From Sphagnum compactum (Eukaryota), in contig OZ234494.1 in the NCBI GenBank assembly GCA_965153455.1, forward strand, positions 5,394,001 to 5,458,000: DNA of 64,000 bases. The letters run 5' to 3'. Numbering within the stretch: the stretch's first letter is position 1; the number at the start of each line of letters is the position of its first letter. Shown here piece after piece: positions 12,883 through 25,606 of this stretch. Under the pieces are notes generated by a model, which saw only the letters and a list, made by a program, of their open reading frames with translations, was not told the origin of the DNA and did not search any database. A program made the translations under genes and the position numbers.

Positions 12883-13945
12883 TGTCGTAACCCTAACATT
12901 GGGTTTGTGACTAAGTGTGGAGCGCAAGGACCCATGAGGCTAAGAAAATGTGTTTAGGGGTGAAACACACTCTCACAAATGGGGGAGAGTGCAAGGGATA
13001 AAGCCGAATGACTCTCAAGCATAGTAGTGACATACGAAATACGAGTATTTTTCGAAGGTGCTCAAAAAGAAGTATTTTCAAGTATTTTTAAAAAAGCATT
13101 ATAAAAATACAAAGGCTTGAAAATTGGCCTTTGTATCAAGTATTTTCAAGTATTTTTAAAAAAGCCGAAAAAAACGTAAAATACGCGTATGTTTGAATCG
13201 AATTGAGAATATGTCACTACTATGCTCTCAAGTGCACTCCCACTTTGGGGGTACACTCGTGTGAGAGTTGTGAGTGTTCAGAACTTGGTTGGAAAGGGAA
13301 AAAAACATCAAATTGGGCCCCTAGGACACCATTGAAAAGTTTTTGAAGCATAGATACTTAAAGTGCCTTCACATTGTTCATTTAGACTTGATTTGCATGA
13401 GTTATGATCAAAAGAAAGGGCAGGAATCAAATTGGGGGAGTTTGATTCTTGACCACAAACCCTTTGAAAGCAAGGGTCAAATGAGCTCTGATTGTGGCAT
13501 GTTATACACCGTTGAAAAGATCCTTTTGAGGAATATAAGATATTTCCTTCACATTTTCAAAACAGACTTGATATGAGAAAGATATGAGCATCCAAAGTTT
13601 TGGGATAGCAAAAGTCCCAATTTTGGGACTTCCATTTTGGAGTCCCGAAGAAAAGTGACATTTGGATATAGTCCTCACAGAGAGGCACAAAATATACTAT
13701 AGGGAGGGGAGTGGTGCTTCATCCCAAAGGTTGTGGTCCGTGTAAAGCTTGTGCTTGAGGTTGTCCCTACTAAGTCCACCACACCACTTCCATTCAACTT
13801 GCATTAACTACCCTCTTTTTTTGGTTGTGCAAATTGATCGCATTTGAATTGTCACTTGTGAGTTCTTCCTAGTCTTATCCTGGAGCTTCTACATGCCCTC
13901 CTACCTTCAAAGTGCTACATGATAGAGAGCGTGCCCCAGCTTTCT
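12883..13945. mobile_element. Truncated copy of an abundant LTR-like moss repeat (starts TGTCGTAACCCTAACATTGGG)
   Basis: TG start; resembles, from memory, the common Sphagnum TGTCGCAACCCTAG... repeat; interrupted by a hAT MITE. Confidence 0.55.
13020..13224. mobile_element. hAT-type MITE (205 bp)
   Basis: Perfect 15-bp TIRs CATAGTAGTGACATA/TATGTCACTACTATG and a perfect 8-bp TSD CTCTCAAG (13012-13019, 13225-13232). Confidence 0.93.
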
Positions 13946-13948
13946 TAT

Positions 13949-14606
13949 TTGTTCTCCCATATGAAGTATAAGGAAGCTGCAAATCTTTTAGTAGATTCAC
14001 TGCAAGGTATTTTGCGGACACCAAACATTATTGCCAAATTCCGGAGTGTCCCTGTGGAGCCAAAATAGACCTCACCTCTATTGTAGTATTTGAGGACTCT
14101 ATTGACAAAGAGGAAGTTAAATGATTTTGAGCCTTTGGAGCTTTCCCATTTAGTTGTGGACCAGAACAAGAAGAACCTATTGGAGATCAAAATAGTTAGC
14201 AGAAGACAGGCTCTCAAATGGAATGTTCAGCCATTATGACCATCCTTGGGTTTCACGGCTTTGTGAAAAAACTGGTCTTTACATGTGGGCTTTTCAGCAT
14301 TACACAGAGTTGAATAACATTCAGCAAGTTGTTATCAACCATCATGGCATTGAGCATCTGGTTTTTTTGGAAATTTTCAAAATTCTGCCTAGAGAATGGG
14401 CTTGGGTTGTATAAAGGAGCTTCTGGTGGTCAACGTGCAAGAAAATCTACAGATCATTGTTAAGGTGGTTAATGAGTATGGCATATGCAGAGAGCTGGGT
14501 GTGGATTCATGTGTGAAACTGTTCAAATAGTTCAAGTCAGATGAGGGGTTCTATTTCTTCCTTGGGGCATTCCTGAATTTTTTTAAAGACCCTAAATAAT
14601 TTCAAG
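13949..14606 (+). pseudogene. CHC: Clathrin heavy chain pseudogene fragment, intronless, with an internal deletion
   Basis: Translates to [77 protein letters not shown]...[39 protein letters not shown]...REWA..CIKELLVVNVQENLQIIV...LGVDSCVKLFK*FKSDEGFYFFLG...DP..FK, matching plant CHC; contains stops and frameshifts. Confidence 0.93.
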
Positions 14607-15465
14607 TTGGCAAGTTTTTTTAAATTAAAAGGTTTTTGGTACTGAACTTTAAAATTGAGCTTATAGCCAATGTTATTGATGATAGGAAGCTAGATCTAAG
14701 TCTACCTCCATAGTAAAATGCTACTAGCAATAAAAATATCTCCTAAAAGGAATGGCATTCTAAATGGACTTTTTGAATTTGGGCATTTCAAACCAATACT
14801 ATGCATATGGTAACATTATAACTACAAATGGAACCTAAGCTTTGAATTGTCTATGATGCAAAATAACAAAAATGAATTACATTAACCTTCAACCCTCAAT
14901 TGAGTGCTCATATGATCTTGAACTCTCTAATTGCATGGTTACATTAGGTTTCATTCAGTGGACCAATGAATTCGTTGCATCCTCATTAGGTTTCATTTAA
15001 GGGACTAGTGAATTCACTCAAAATCCAGTGAAACCACTTGACATATAGAAATGCATTTTGTTGTAGTGAACAAATATTATTGTGTGGCCATCATAGTTAT
15101 TTGAGGAAAAAGAGGTTGAGGCAAATTGGTAAGGTTGAAAAGCCTAGATGAATGGCTTTGTATGTGCTACCATGGTGGAAGAGCACAAAATCATGCCACA
15201 ATTAAGAAACATTTGAGACAACATGGATGTGATGCATATTTCAAATGACATTCATTAAACTTTGACTAAATTTTTCACTTTTGTTTGAACACATAACCCT
15301 TTAGATCATCAACTATTAACTATGGAAGTGTACATTGTCTACCTTCTATTGGTTTTGAAATTATTATTGACTCGGGTTTGGTAGTCTAGTTGTAAGTTTG
15401 CATAGAAACTAGTAGTAAAAAATGCACCAAGGACTATTGAATCCATAGACCCAACAAAATTTGAT

Positions 15466-16190
15466 TTGGCTAATCTTCCTACACTTGACCTAAAAATTCA
15501 AGTGCATAAAATAGTTGTCAAAGCATTTGCCTCTTATGATGAATTACAAGAACCAATGAGTGAAGAGAAAAATCCACTTGAAGGTGACCCCTTTGAGAAT
15601 GTCACAAATAACATTGAAATCCTTAGGAGCCAACCACAACATGAAACATTGATAGAAGCAATGATGACAAAGCTTCAACACCTCTATATGATGGTTCTTC
15701 TACAAGCATATTGCTAGCAATATTGTTGTTGAATTTAAGGATGGTGCATGGGATTAGCAGTGTTTTCACGGATGAGTTGTTCTCATTATTGCAAAGGAGT
15801 TGTTGACAAAAGGGAACAAAATGTCAACAATCATTTATGAGGCCCTTAAGCTAACCAAGGCCATTGGTTTAAACTATGATACAATTCATACATGCCCTAA
15901 TAATTGTATCCTTTTTGGGGACATGTTAAAAGGCTCCCAAGTGTGTCCAAAATGTAATAGTAAAATTTATGGACGGGTCACATGGTGTTTCATGGAAGGT
16001 GCTTCATCATTTCCCTTTAATATCTAGGTTCCTACAAATGTATAGGTGCAAAACATTGGCTAACTTATTGATTTTGAACAAATGTGGTGCAAGCTCCAAT
16101 GGTTTAGTTCAAAGTGTGCTAGATTGTAAGAGTTGGAAACACATAGATGAAAAATGGTCAGAAATTGCTAGTGAGCCATGAAACATTAGA
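15466..16190 (+). pseudogene. CACTA (En/Spm) transposase remnant, N-terminal to the Transposase_21 domain
   Basis: GLNYDTIHTCPNNCILF...CPKCNS, then KVLHHFPLISRFLQMY...WKHIDEKWSEIASEP*NIR; frameshifted and truncated just before the expected LGLATDG motif. Confidence 0.9.
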
Positions 16191-17189
16191 CACAACAAGC
16201 CATGCATGGTGGCATTGACCTGCCCACAACTGAACATACCAAACCATATGCCAATGTTTTGACCTACAACCATATTAAGCCAACCCCATTCTTTACAGCT
16301 TCCACTGGATACCACATCCTCAACAAGCTGCACCTTTTGCAAGAAACTGTACTTAAAATGCAATGCAGTGCAATTTTTACTTTTCTCAGTAGAGATCTTT
16401 GACAAAAAAGTCTCCTACTTTCAGTCCCTCAAATCAAGGCATAATTAAGATCTGACTTACCACTTAGTACCATGCCCTGTTCATGAAATATGGTTTGCAT
16501 GTTGCAACAACTTCACAATGCACCTTATTTGAATGAGTCCTTTAACCAGATGAAACACCTTCAGCTGCAGGTTGATCTTGTTGCAGCAGAAGCAAGTTTA
16601 TTGCTACAGGGTCTGAAATTCTTGAAGATGGCAAACACTTCCTCATACAACTCTGCACCAACGACAAATTCTCTAACTGTTGGGCCATCAAAGTTGTCCA
16701 ACCTGAGAGACCAATGAGACCCCTGATGAAGTCTTCTGGGTATCCATCATCTATTAGTTGGCCCATAGCTGAAGGAGCATTCTATGGATTGACCTTTTGG
16801 ACTTAGTCGTCAATGTACTGGACCATGTTGTTGGAATCATGATAATGGGTGAGATCAGGCACTGGTACATGATGGTCACAGACATTGATATGCCGCACAT
16901 CTGGTAGCTTTGACTCCATCAAGAAGTTCTTGGTTTTCTCTGGAAGGTAGAAGACGAATGCTCCACTTCTTTGAGTTGACCAATCGTTGTTGCAGCCTCA
17001 AATTAGTACTTAGTGCATAAATTTCCCAAGATTGATTCCTTTGCACATACCTAATATTTACCATAGTTATGGAAGTCAGATTGTCAAATGTCCATTTTGT
17101 GTCCTACTACCTGAACTCTTGCACACAATTGTATTAATTAATAACATGTATTTGATGGACATGTGATTGAAAAGTGAAGGGAAACATGG

Positions 17190-18070
17190 ACTAAATGTCA
17201 ATTTTTTATATGTAACCATCCATTTGTCATGTGTGGAGACCAAATGGTGATATATGGAATGTTTGTTCACAAATGTGTGAGTAATGTGTTGTTATTTTTT
17301 ATACATTAATGACTATCTTACAATAATCATAGACATTTTTACATGACAACCTCTTGTCATGTTTTTTTTAAAAAAATCCACCCACCCTTGTTATGTTTAA
17401 ACATACAAAACAACTTTCAATTAATATTTTTTTAGTGTATCAACAAATCGTTAGTGTATAAAAAAAAACACATGACAACTAGCAATCAATTATAATTAAA
17501 AAGTGGTAAGATCTATAAACTAGGTGCCAATTTTTTATATGTAGCCATCAGTTTATTATGTGAAAAAAATCATACATGGAGTGCATTCCAATCACACAAC
17601 TTGTGAGTAGTGTAAATTAATATTTTTGATACATTAACTATCTTACAATAACCATGGACATACAAACATGGCAACCCCTTGTCCATGTCTTTTGAAAAAA
17701 CTTTTTTGCCCTTGTTATATTTAGATCCGCATAGTAGCTTTCAATTGAAAAAATTGTTGGTGTATCAACTAATCCTTAGTGTATCAAGAAATTGTTATAT
17801 GGCATATAACAATTGAAGCAGGTTTACAATTTGATTTTTTAGGTTATTCTTGTATAGAGTGCCACATGGGGACTCAAGTCATGTGTTGACATTGAAATAA
17901 ATGTTAGGTGTCAATTTTTAAAATATCAATTTACCATTCACCCATGAATGGTGTATTGATATTTTTTGATACATTAACAACTACCCTACATGAACCATAA
18001 ACCCCAAAATGTGGGAGCCTCTTGTTCATATAATTTTGAGGATTTTTCCACCCTTATTTACAAAATACAT
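17190..18070. repeat. Degenerate tandem repeat, ~330-bp unit, about 2.5 copies
   Basis: TTTTTTATATGTA.CCATC...GATACATTAA...TATCTTACAATAA...CCCTTGTTAT...GTGTATCAAC recurs at ~17200 and ~17530, and partially at ~17950. Confidence 0.6.
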
Positions 18071-19661
18071 TTGTATCATGAGATTCATGATGATAACACA
18101 ACATAATGCATTATGGGATGATGCATCAATACATTGTGATTTTAATAAATTATCATTGCTACTTACAATATTTATTGTTAGATGAAAAATAATTTTACTA
18201 ATGATTTCACAATTTTTACTCATGTGCACATATTTTTGACTTGGGGCAAGATGTCCATTGACTTCAAAAAGGAACAAATGTAGGTACTTGGTAGGATTTT
18301 GCCATCAAAACATGGCAATCATCTTATGTTGGGGAATCCATATAATATGATCCTACAACCCACAAGACCTTTACCCTTGCCACCTAACAAAAATTCATCC
18401 AATTAAAGGATGAAATATTGAAAATCTTGGATGAAGATTTTATTTTTGTTTTCGGGTGCAGGTCTAAAGTTCCCAAGCACATTTTTGGGGTGACCTTTGC
18501 CATATTGTTTTGAAGTGATCCAAAGCTAAATGTTTTATGACAGAAAACTCATGTTAGATTACAACTATTAATCTTGAGCCAATAGGTTGCAAGTATGGGT
18601 ATTAACTGAGGCACAAATATAGTGGTAAACATGTCTAAAAATAGAATATGCATGTAGCCAATGAGAGATTTAGCATACACCCAAGTGGGTTCATATTTTT
18701 TTGCTTGGGGGGGGGGGTGAGAGGATGGATTTTAAAAATCTGATGTTCCCATCATGTTCCCAAGTTCCCAATGTGTTACCCAAGGGTGTTCCAAAAAAAC
18801 ACCTCACTTTATCCCATATCCTTTGCTCAAGTTCTCCCATTCTCACCTACATAGGTGACTCGAAGGTGAGCCACTCCATTCTCACATAGAAACTACTATT
18901 TTGGGGAGTCTCCCAAGTTTCAGTTTTATTTCAGGGGTAAAGGGCCAATTAAAATGGCCCATTGCACAAAAAAATAAAAATAAAATTAAGTTAAAAAGTT
19001 TGGGAGGCAAACCAGCTAATTAAAAGTAGTAGCTGAATAAACAAACCATTTTCATTGTTTCCAATTTATCTTTTGTTCTTTTGTGTTGTGTTTTTTTTTT
19101 TCATTTTTTTTACTAATACTTATGTCTAGAATTTGAATCTTTGTGCTCTTTACTTAACTATTTGCACATTGCATTGTGGGTCATGATTGTTTATTTGATA
19201 AGCAAAAGTGGTGGAAAGATGGCAACCACAAGATAAGACCCATATTAGCAATAGGTAGGACCAAGCACATATCTTCACACCTCTTCACATTAGTTTAACC
19301 ACAAAATTTATCATGTTAGGTTGTTTATTGCCTTATATCTAACATTGTTTCGCATCTAACAGCTTCATAAACTTTAGTGTGAAAAAAATGAAAAAAATTG
19401 TCACTACATGAACTCATAACACTCTTTAAGTGCTCATCACAAAGTTTGAACATGGACTACTTAACATAGCCAGTTTGAGAGACAAAAAACTGGTGCATAG
19501 CCAATTGGAGCTACAAGTCTTAAAAAAAAATGCCACCTTACATCCCCACTATGGGTAGATGGTAGCCAAACACCTTACTGGGACAAAATGAAAAAAAAAC
19601 ATTGTTCTCAACATTTCCATGGTTGTCTGCTCTCACAATAATGTAAAGCAAGCCTAATATA

Positions 19662-21180
19662 CGAGGGTGTTGAATAGGCTTGTGTGTGAGTGTGAAGAAA
19701 AAATGGTATGGCCAATGGAATTGTTGCATTTTGCTGTCTAAGTTTTTTAAATTTTTAAAATTTTTTTGGGTGAGTTCTCTTGAGTGAGTTAGCCTTAAAA
19801 TGTGTAATTGGGTTTGATAGGGTTGTGCAAATTTTAGAAGACCAATGAAAATGGTACAATGGGACACATTGTTTCCAATGTTCAACAGAATAGGATTGTT
19901 GTGTGTAGGTGTGAAGATTTTTTTCAGGCCAATGGGATTGCTGCATTCGGTGGTTTTAATTTGTTTTCTTAGTTATTTTGAACTGACTAACAGTTCAAAT
20001 AGGCAGCTAGGTATTTGAAGACAGTGTTCTGCACAATAGGAACTTTTGCACTTTGTTCAAATGGTGTGGACAATCATGACAGGACCTGACATTTGACCTC
20101 TTTACATCGTTCCTAATTCAGATTGCCCTTTTAGACAAATACTTGTCACCCAAGCCTGTTATTTCTTGTATTGGGTTGTTAAGAGGGGCGACGTGTGATT
20201 TGTAATTGTCTCATCACTTGCAACTTGGAGTGACCCAAACCATCTTAAAATGTCACTGTATTACCAGAACGTGTTCTGGATCATCAAAAGAAATCTTGAA
20301 ATGTTAAAAAGTACTCAAAATTTTCCTTCGTTTTATGAAAATATGCAATTTGAATACATTGAATTACTCTTTGTTTTTTGCTTTTCTGATTGGCCCATTG
20401 TTGTGGTTTGCACACTTGTGACAAGCATGAAATAACAGCCAAGAAAACCCTAAATAGTATTTTTGCCAACATATCTATGCTTCATATGCGTTTCAAGTTC
20501 ATGTCAATGTCAGGAACTGGAGGTCCAAAAGTTGATGCAACTTTTGATGTACTTTCTCAAAATACATCCAACTTGGAGATGAAAAAGAAGAAAAAAAATG
20601 GGTGCCTGTAAATTATGAAGTAACTCCCTCTTTTTCCCAACCTGAGAGATTCATGCATTAATGGACATACGAGTTTGGCAAAAAATTTAAAGAAAAACCA
20701 AGCATCTGTGAAAGAATACTCAGTTTTTTAGGGGGGAGGGAGGTGGGGATGTCAATCATTAGAATAAACACTGTCATTCACATGCTTTGAAGGGGAAAAA
20801 AAGAAAGAAAAAGGTTACAGGAAGAAGATACCGTACAAAGTGCTAAAACCCTCTCTTGAAATAGCTATTCACATTGAGCTATTAGTTCACTCAAGATAAC
20901 TAAGAAAATAAATTCAGACTGACAAAATTTCATTGGCCAAAAAAACAAACATTTTCACCCTTACACACAACCCGAGTCTGCTGAACATTGAAAATAACCG
21001 AGTCCCTTTCAACCATTTCCATTGGTCCTTTAAAGTTCTCACAAACCTTATTACACATTTAGTTCACTCAAGATAACTACGAAAAACTAATCCGACCACC
21101 AAATCCGAATCCAGCAATTTCATTAGCCATAACATTTGTTCTGCACATGTACACACAAGCCTATTCTAACACCACCTGTG
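19662..21180. mobile_element. Non-autonomous element with ~300-bp imperfect TIRs, Tc1/mariner-like ends
   Basis: 19662-19981 is the imperfect reverse complement of 20889-21180; ends TA|CGAGGGTG and CACCTGTG|TA (TA TSD-like). Confidence 0.55.
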
Positions 21181-22787
21181 TATATCAATACACTAACACT
21201 ATAACCCTTGTCTGTAAAAGTTAAAAGCCTTGAGCTCAAAGAAGGGTCACAGTCCCAAGAGGCAAGATGAGTACAAAATAAGGAAGAGTTTCAGCAACGA
21301 GACCAGGCAAATAGGTAGCTGCCATGACCTAACACCTAACCCAATCACATCATAATTTAAGGACCCCACCAGATAAGTACCTACTTACATATCTTAAAAA
21401 AGAACTTTGTCTACAACATTTCTTCACTTGTATGTACTACTAGTTACATGCCAGATGTCTTCATTTCTCAACCCACTTCCCTCGCTTGAACAGGTGCTTT
21501 ACATTTTGTCCTGAAATTCAGGTCAGGTCGTCCTCCTTATGCAAAGAGGTTTCTCGAAAATTAATTTGTACACTACCTCCTGTCAATTCAGTGGTTTGTT
21601 TTTTGGTCAAGTTTATGGTCAGGGTTTTCTTTCCAAGTTTTCAATATTAAAAATTTGGAATTTCTTTTCAAAAAATGAGGCAAAAAATGCTCTAATTTGC
21701 ACTAAAACAACAAAACAATTTCCCAAATTTTTTGGAAAAAAACCAAAAACGATACCCCAAAAGAACCACAGTTCATGATGTAACCCAATTGGTGAACATC
21801 TGTAGGAAGATTTAGCCAATTTGGTGAGAAAAGAGATATCAAAAAAAGATATATTTTTATGGAAAAAAGATTAAAAATTTTAACACCCTTATACATTTTT
21901 GGCTACCTACTCAAACCAAATGCAGAAAATATGACCCAATCTTTTTTGACCTTTTTCAAGTTATGGCAATTAAAAAAATTCAATTCATTTTCGGACTATT
22001 CATTTCTGATTTCACGTTTTGGCAAAATTTCACCAATAATAAAATAAATAAAAGAGCCTGTCGCCAGTCAGAATCGTGAGCCCTGATTGAAAGAAACCTC
22101 ACCTGATTTAGCCGGCCGGTTGCTAAATTTAGAGGAGTTTCCCGGCCAACTTTAGCAGCCAGAACAAGGGGCATTCAAAAGCGGCATTAGGTCATTGGGG
22201 ATTCGACGTTGTGTATTGTTTGGGGACTCTTAAGTTGGGTTTTGTTTGGCAGTGGTCTTCGTTTCCCGCTGTTTGTCTCCTCTTCTCTGAACTTCTCCTC
22301 TTGTCGACTGGGGTGCTGTGTGTGTGTCTGTGCCGTGCTCGTGTGGCGAGAAGCTGCTGCTGCACCGCCGATCAATCCAGGTCTGCAGATCGCGACCATA
22401 AAGAAATTAGAGGTATCATCATCCACAGTATTGAACATGTAGGCTGCATCGTTGAAATTATTACGGGGAATGAGGTGATCATGTATAGAAAGAGCTTGAA
22501 TTAGGGGAAAAAGTTTGTTTTGTACATTCGTCGTTACAAGTAGCTTGGTGCTCTGTTTTCGTTTATATGATTCCTCTCATTAACTATGTATACAGGTATG
22601 TGGATGATCATGACCTTAAGACTCCCTAGGAGAAGACTAAGAAAACGAAAAGAATCAAAGCCCATCGACTCCGGCTCCTGATCTCATCAACCCTGAAAGA
22701 AAAAAATGGATTCTTTATGCAGGTGAGCAGGCGAACCCACGGGTTGTGGATTCGGCACCTCAGCTAACAGATCACAATCAAATCACC

Positions 22788-25606
22788 ATGGCACCACAAT
22801 TTCCTGCAGAGGCGATGTACCAGCTGGAAGCTGCAGAACATGGAGGATCTGCATATGTCGAGGAGGTGCACGCCGTCGTCACATTTGACCTAATTGGGAA
22901 TACCACAACCGCCGCTGATCACGAAATTGCGACCTTGGAGCAGCAGCAGCCTGAGATTATAACGAACCCGCGAGCTGATTCTCATGATCCTGTTGACGAT
23001 GATGCTGAATTGCAGCACCAGCTTAATGCGGTCCATGATCCAGCAGCCCTGTCTTCCGTACCAGAGGATGGTCCGGCGCTCGCTCATGTGCCGGAGCTTC
23101 CACGTGAGGCAATGAACCCTGCTGCAGATTCTGCACAACTTGGAGGGTCTGAGGAAGCCGTGGCCTCTGAGGCTGCTAGGCAGATTGAAGAAAGGGTATA
23201 TGAATTCCCCACTAAGTTCCCTTCATTGAAATCTCATTCTCTGAAAATCCTCTTTCATGCAATTGTTGGGTACGGCTGGACATGGATCTTGCGACCGACC
23301 ATGCATTCATGATGAGCGGGTTTGTTTCTTTTGCAGAGAGAACAGGCTATAGTCGAGCTAGGCAATTGGTTCGATGAAACGGAGTGGCCGGCTCTCAATT
23401 CAAGCCGCCGGACTCATGACCCTGCAGAGTCCAAGATGCCAGTGGCGCAACCTGTGATCACATCAATGACTCAGGAAAAGAATCCAGGATTACAAGCCGA
23501 GGTGGAAAAGCTCCGAGGAGATCGTGTGAGCAACGCTGCAATATTCCAGGCGAAGAAGACAGAAACTTCGACAAAGGACGGATCTACACTAGTATCCGGG
23601 AGCCTGGTACATCAGCAGCCAGGGTCATCACATGAGATCACCCCAAACCAGATGTCCTTGGATTCGTTGCAGTCACGTGTGATGGAGTTGACAAGGAAGC
23701 TACGAGAAGCTAAGGAGAAAGCCAAACAGCTGGTGGGTACTTCTGCAGGAGCATACTGTGTTGCTGTAGTACTTTAGGAATTCATATCTACTAGTTCCAT
23801 TGCTGCTAGCTGCATTGAAAACAGAACTACTAGAGTCTAGCTCACCATGTCTCATGTAGTGTCATCCTGTGGGGAGAAGTTTCATGAACGGTTTATGATC
23901 ATGAACTTGTTTCTGTTGCTGATAATTCATTTCCTCATGTCGAGACCTAGTTCAGAAGCTGGTGAGAAGTGTCTTCATACATGTATGTGTGCTGCAGAGT
24001 TCGAGCCTAGCTAATGAACAACGAAGAACAGCAAAAGCTTGTGAGGAAATCTCATGGCTGAAGGAAAAGCTGGCCAAGTTACATGCTTCTCAAGCTCAAG
24101 AAGTATAAAATATACATGACCTTCTTCTTCTTCGTGCAATTCCTAATTTCCAGATCTAGTTCAACTTGAAAACCTACGTAGCTCAAGGATTTTCAAACAG
24201 CAATTAGCTAGCTGTGATGGGTGTATTGTTAATAAAGATGCTAAGACTGCTTAATCTAATCTATATTGCTTCTAATTAAGGGAAATGTGTAACTAATTAT
24301 GTGGGAGGCTGGATCTAAGAGGTTACTTCCAGCTACATTGAGCTTGATTCCTTTGGTTGTGCACATGATGTGTATGTAGCAGCAACCTGCTAAGATTGCT
24401 GCAATGATACAAAGGCTCCGTATGGCTGAGTGTGAAGTTGTTTCTTCACGCAGATCAGTCTCCTACTATGAGGTAAATAATATTGTAGCTCACAGACTAT
24501 AACTTAGAAACCAGCTTGGCATGTAGAATGTAATTTGGATCCTTTTCAGAGCTCCCATTTACAATGAGCCCTGCAAGCTCTCCAGAGATGGAAAAGGCCA
24601 CAAATTTGTTCCGGTAAATTCAACCTTCAAGATGTATATCATAAAGCAATGCCACATGATGTATATGTATATGTCCATATTGTGTAATTTTTGTTCATGA
24701 GCTGAGATCGGGATGGCTTGGCATTTTTAGAACCAACTGAAGACTATGGAAAGCCAGAACTCAAAGCAAAAGGAGAACAAAGAGTTGCAGGATTCAAGTA
24801 AGAACTGCAGCCTGAATCTTAAGAGGAAGGAGAAAGATCAGTTGCAACTGCAGAAGGTTGCAGAGTCTGAGAAGCAGCAGCAGCTGGATGCAGCAGCTAA
24901 GGGGAAGAGTGTAAAACTGGTAAGTGGCCTAATCATTCAGGCCCACCTAATTAAGCTTTTGATGTAATTAAGAAGCTATATTGGTCTGCAGTGATCAGCT
25001 CTTCATCTTCAATTTGTGCAATCAGTCAATATCTTGATGCACATGATCATATAGTAGTAGCAATATACATCTTGGCATGTGAGGAAAGATGAATTAATTA
25101 TACTGAGAATAGTCAATTGATTTAAGATTGAGTAGACTGAGTGTACATGTATGCATTAGTACTAATTTGTTGTTCCTTTTGTAATTGTGCAAAGTTTGAA
25201 CATCATGATTCTAGACTGATCCAAATTACAAGTTTTGCTTAATTACAAATTAATTTTTGTGGGTTTGATCAAGGTGGAGAGATCTGGAACAATGAGCAAG
25301 ACTTCTTCCAGTGTTATTCACAACAAAGCCACCAGCAGCTCTGCAACAGCTGTGAGTACAGTGTGTGGCCCATCAAATGGGAAGAAAGGTTCTAAGAAAT
25401 CAAAGTCTAAGACCCAGTGCAAAACTGACGATAAATTCAATGTGGAGGATGCCCTTGCTTTCATCAATGAAAAGGGCCCAGCTAGAAAGAAAGCAAATGA
25501 AGGTCCCCAGGGAAGTTCTTTCTTTCTTGCTGCTGGCATCTCAGTTGTCCTGATTTCCATTTTCATTGCAATTTTCATTATTGGCTCAGGAGCTTCACTG
25601 AACTGA
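22788..25606 (+). CDS. ~507-aa protein: acidic disordered N-terminus, coiled-coil middle, C-terminal transmembrane anchor
   Basis: Phase-0 GT-AG exons 22788-23195, 23337-23732, 23998-24102, 24380-24472, 24731-24919 and 25274-25606 join into one ORF. Start context is ACCATGG, though the true start could be upstream. Ends ...SSFFLAAGISVVLISIFIAIFIIGSGASLN*. Confidence 0.82.

Noticed and set aside
16723-16760. Hammerhead ribozyme / retrozyme (CTGATGA)
   Set aside because: No stem II followed by GAAA, and I saw no LTR-like direct repeats around the islands.
24550-24613. Extra exon in the 22788-25606 gene
   Set aside because: 64 nt with an in-frame TGA; the flanking exons join without it.
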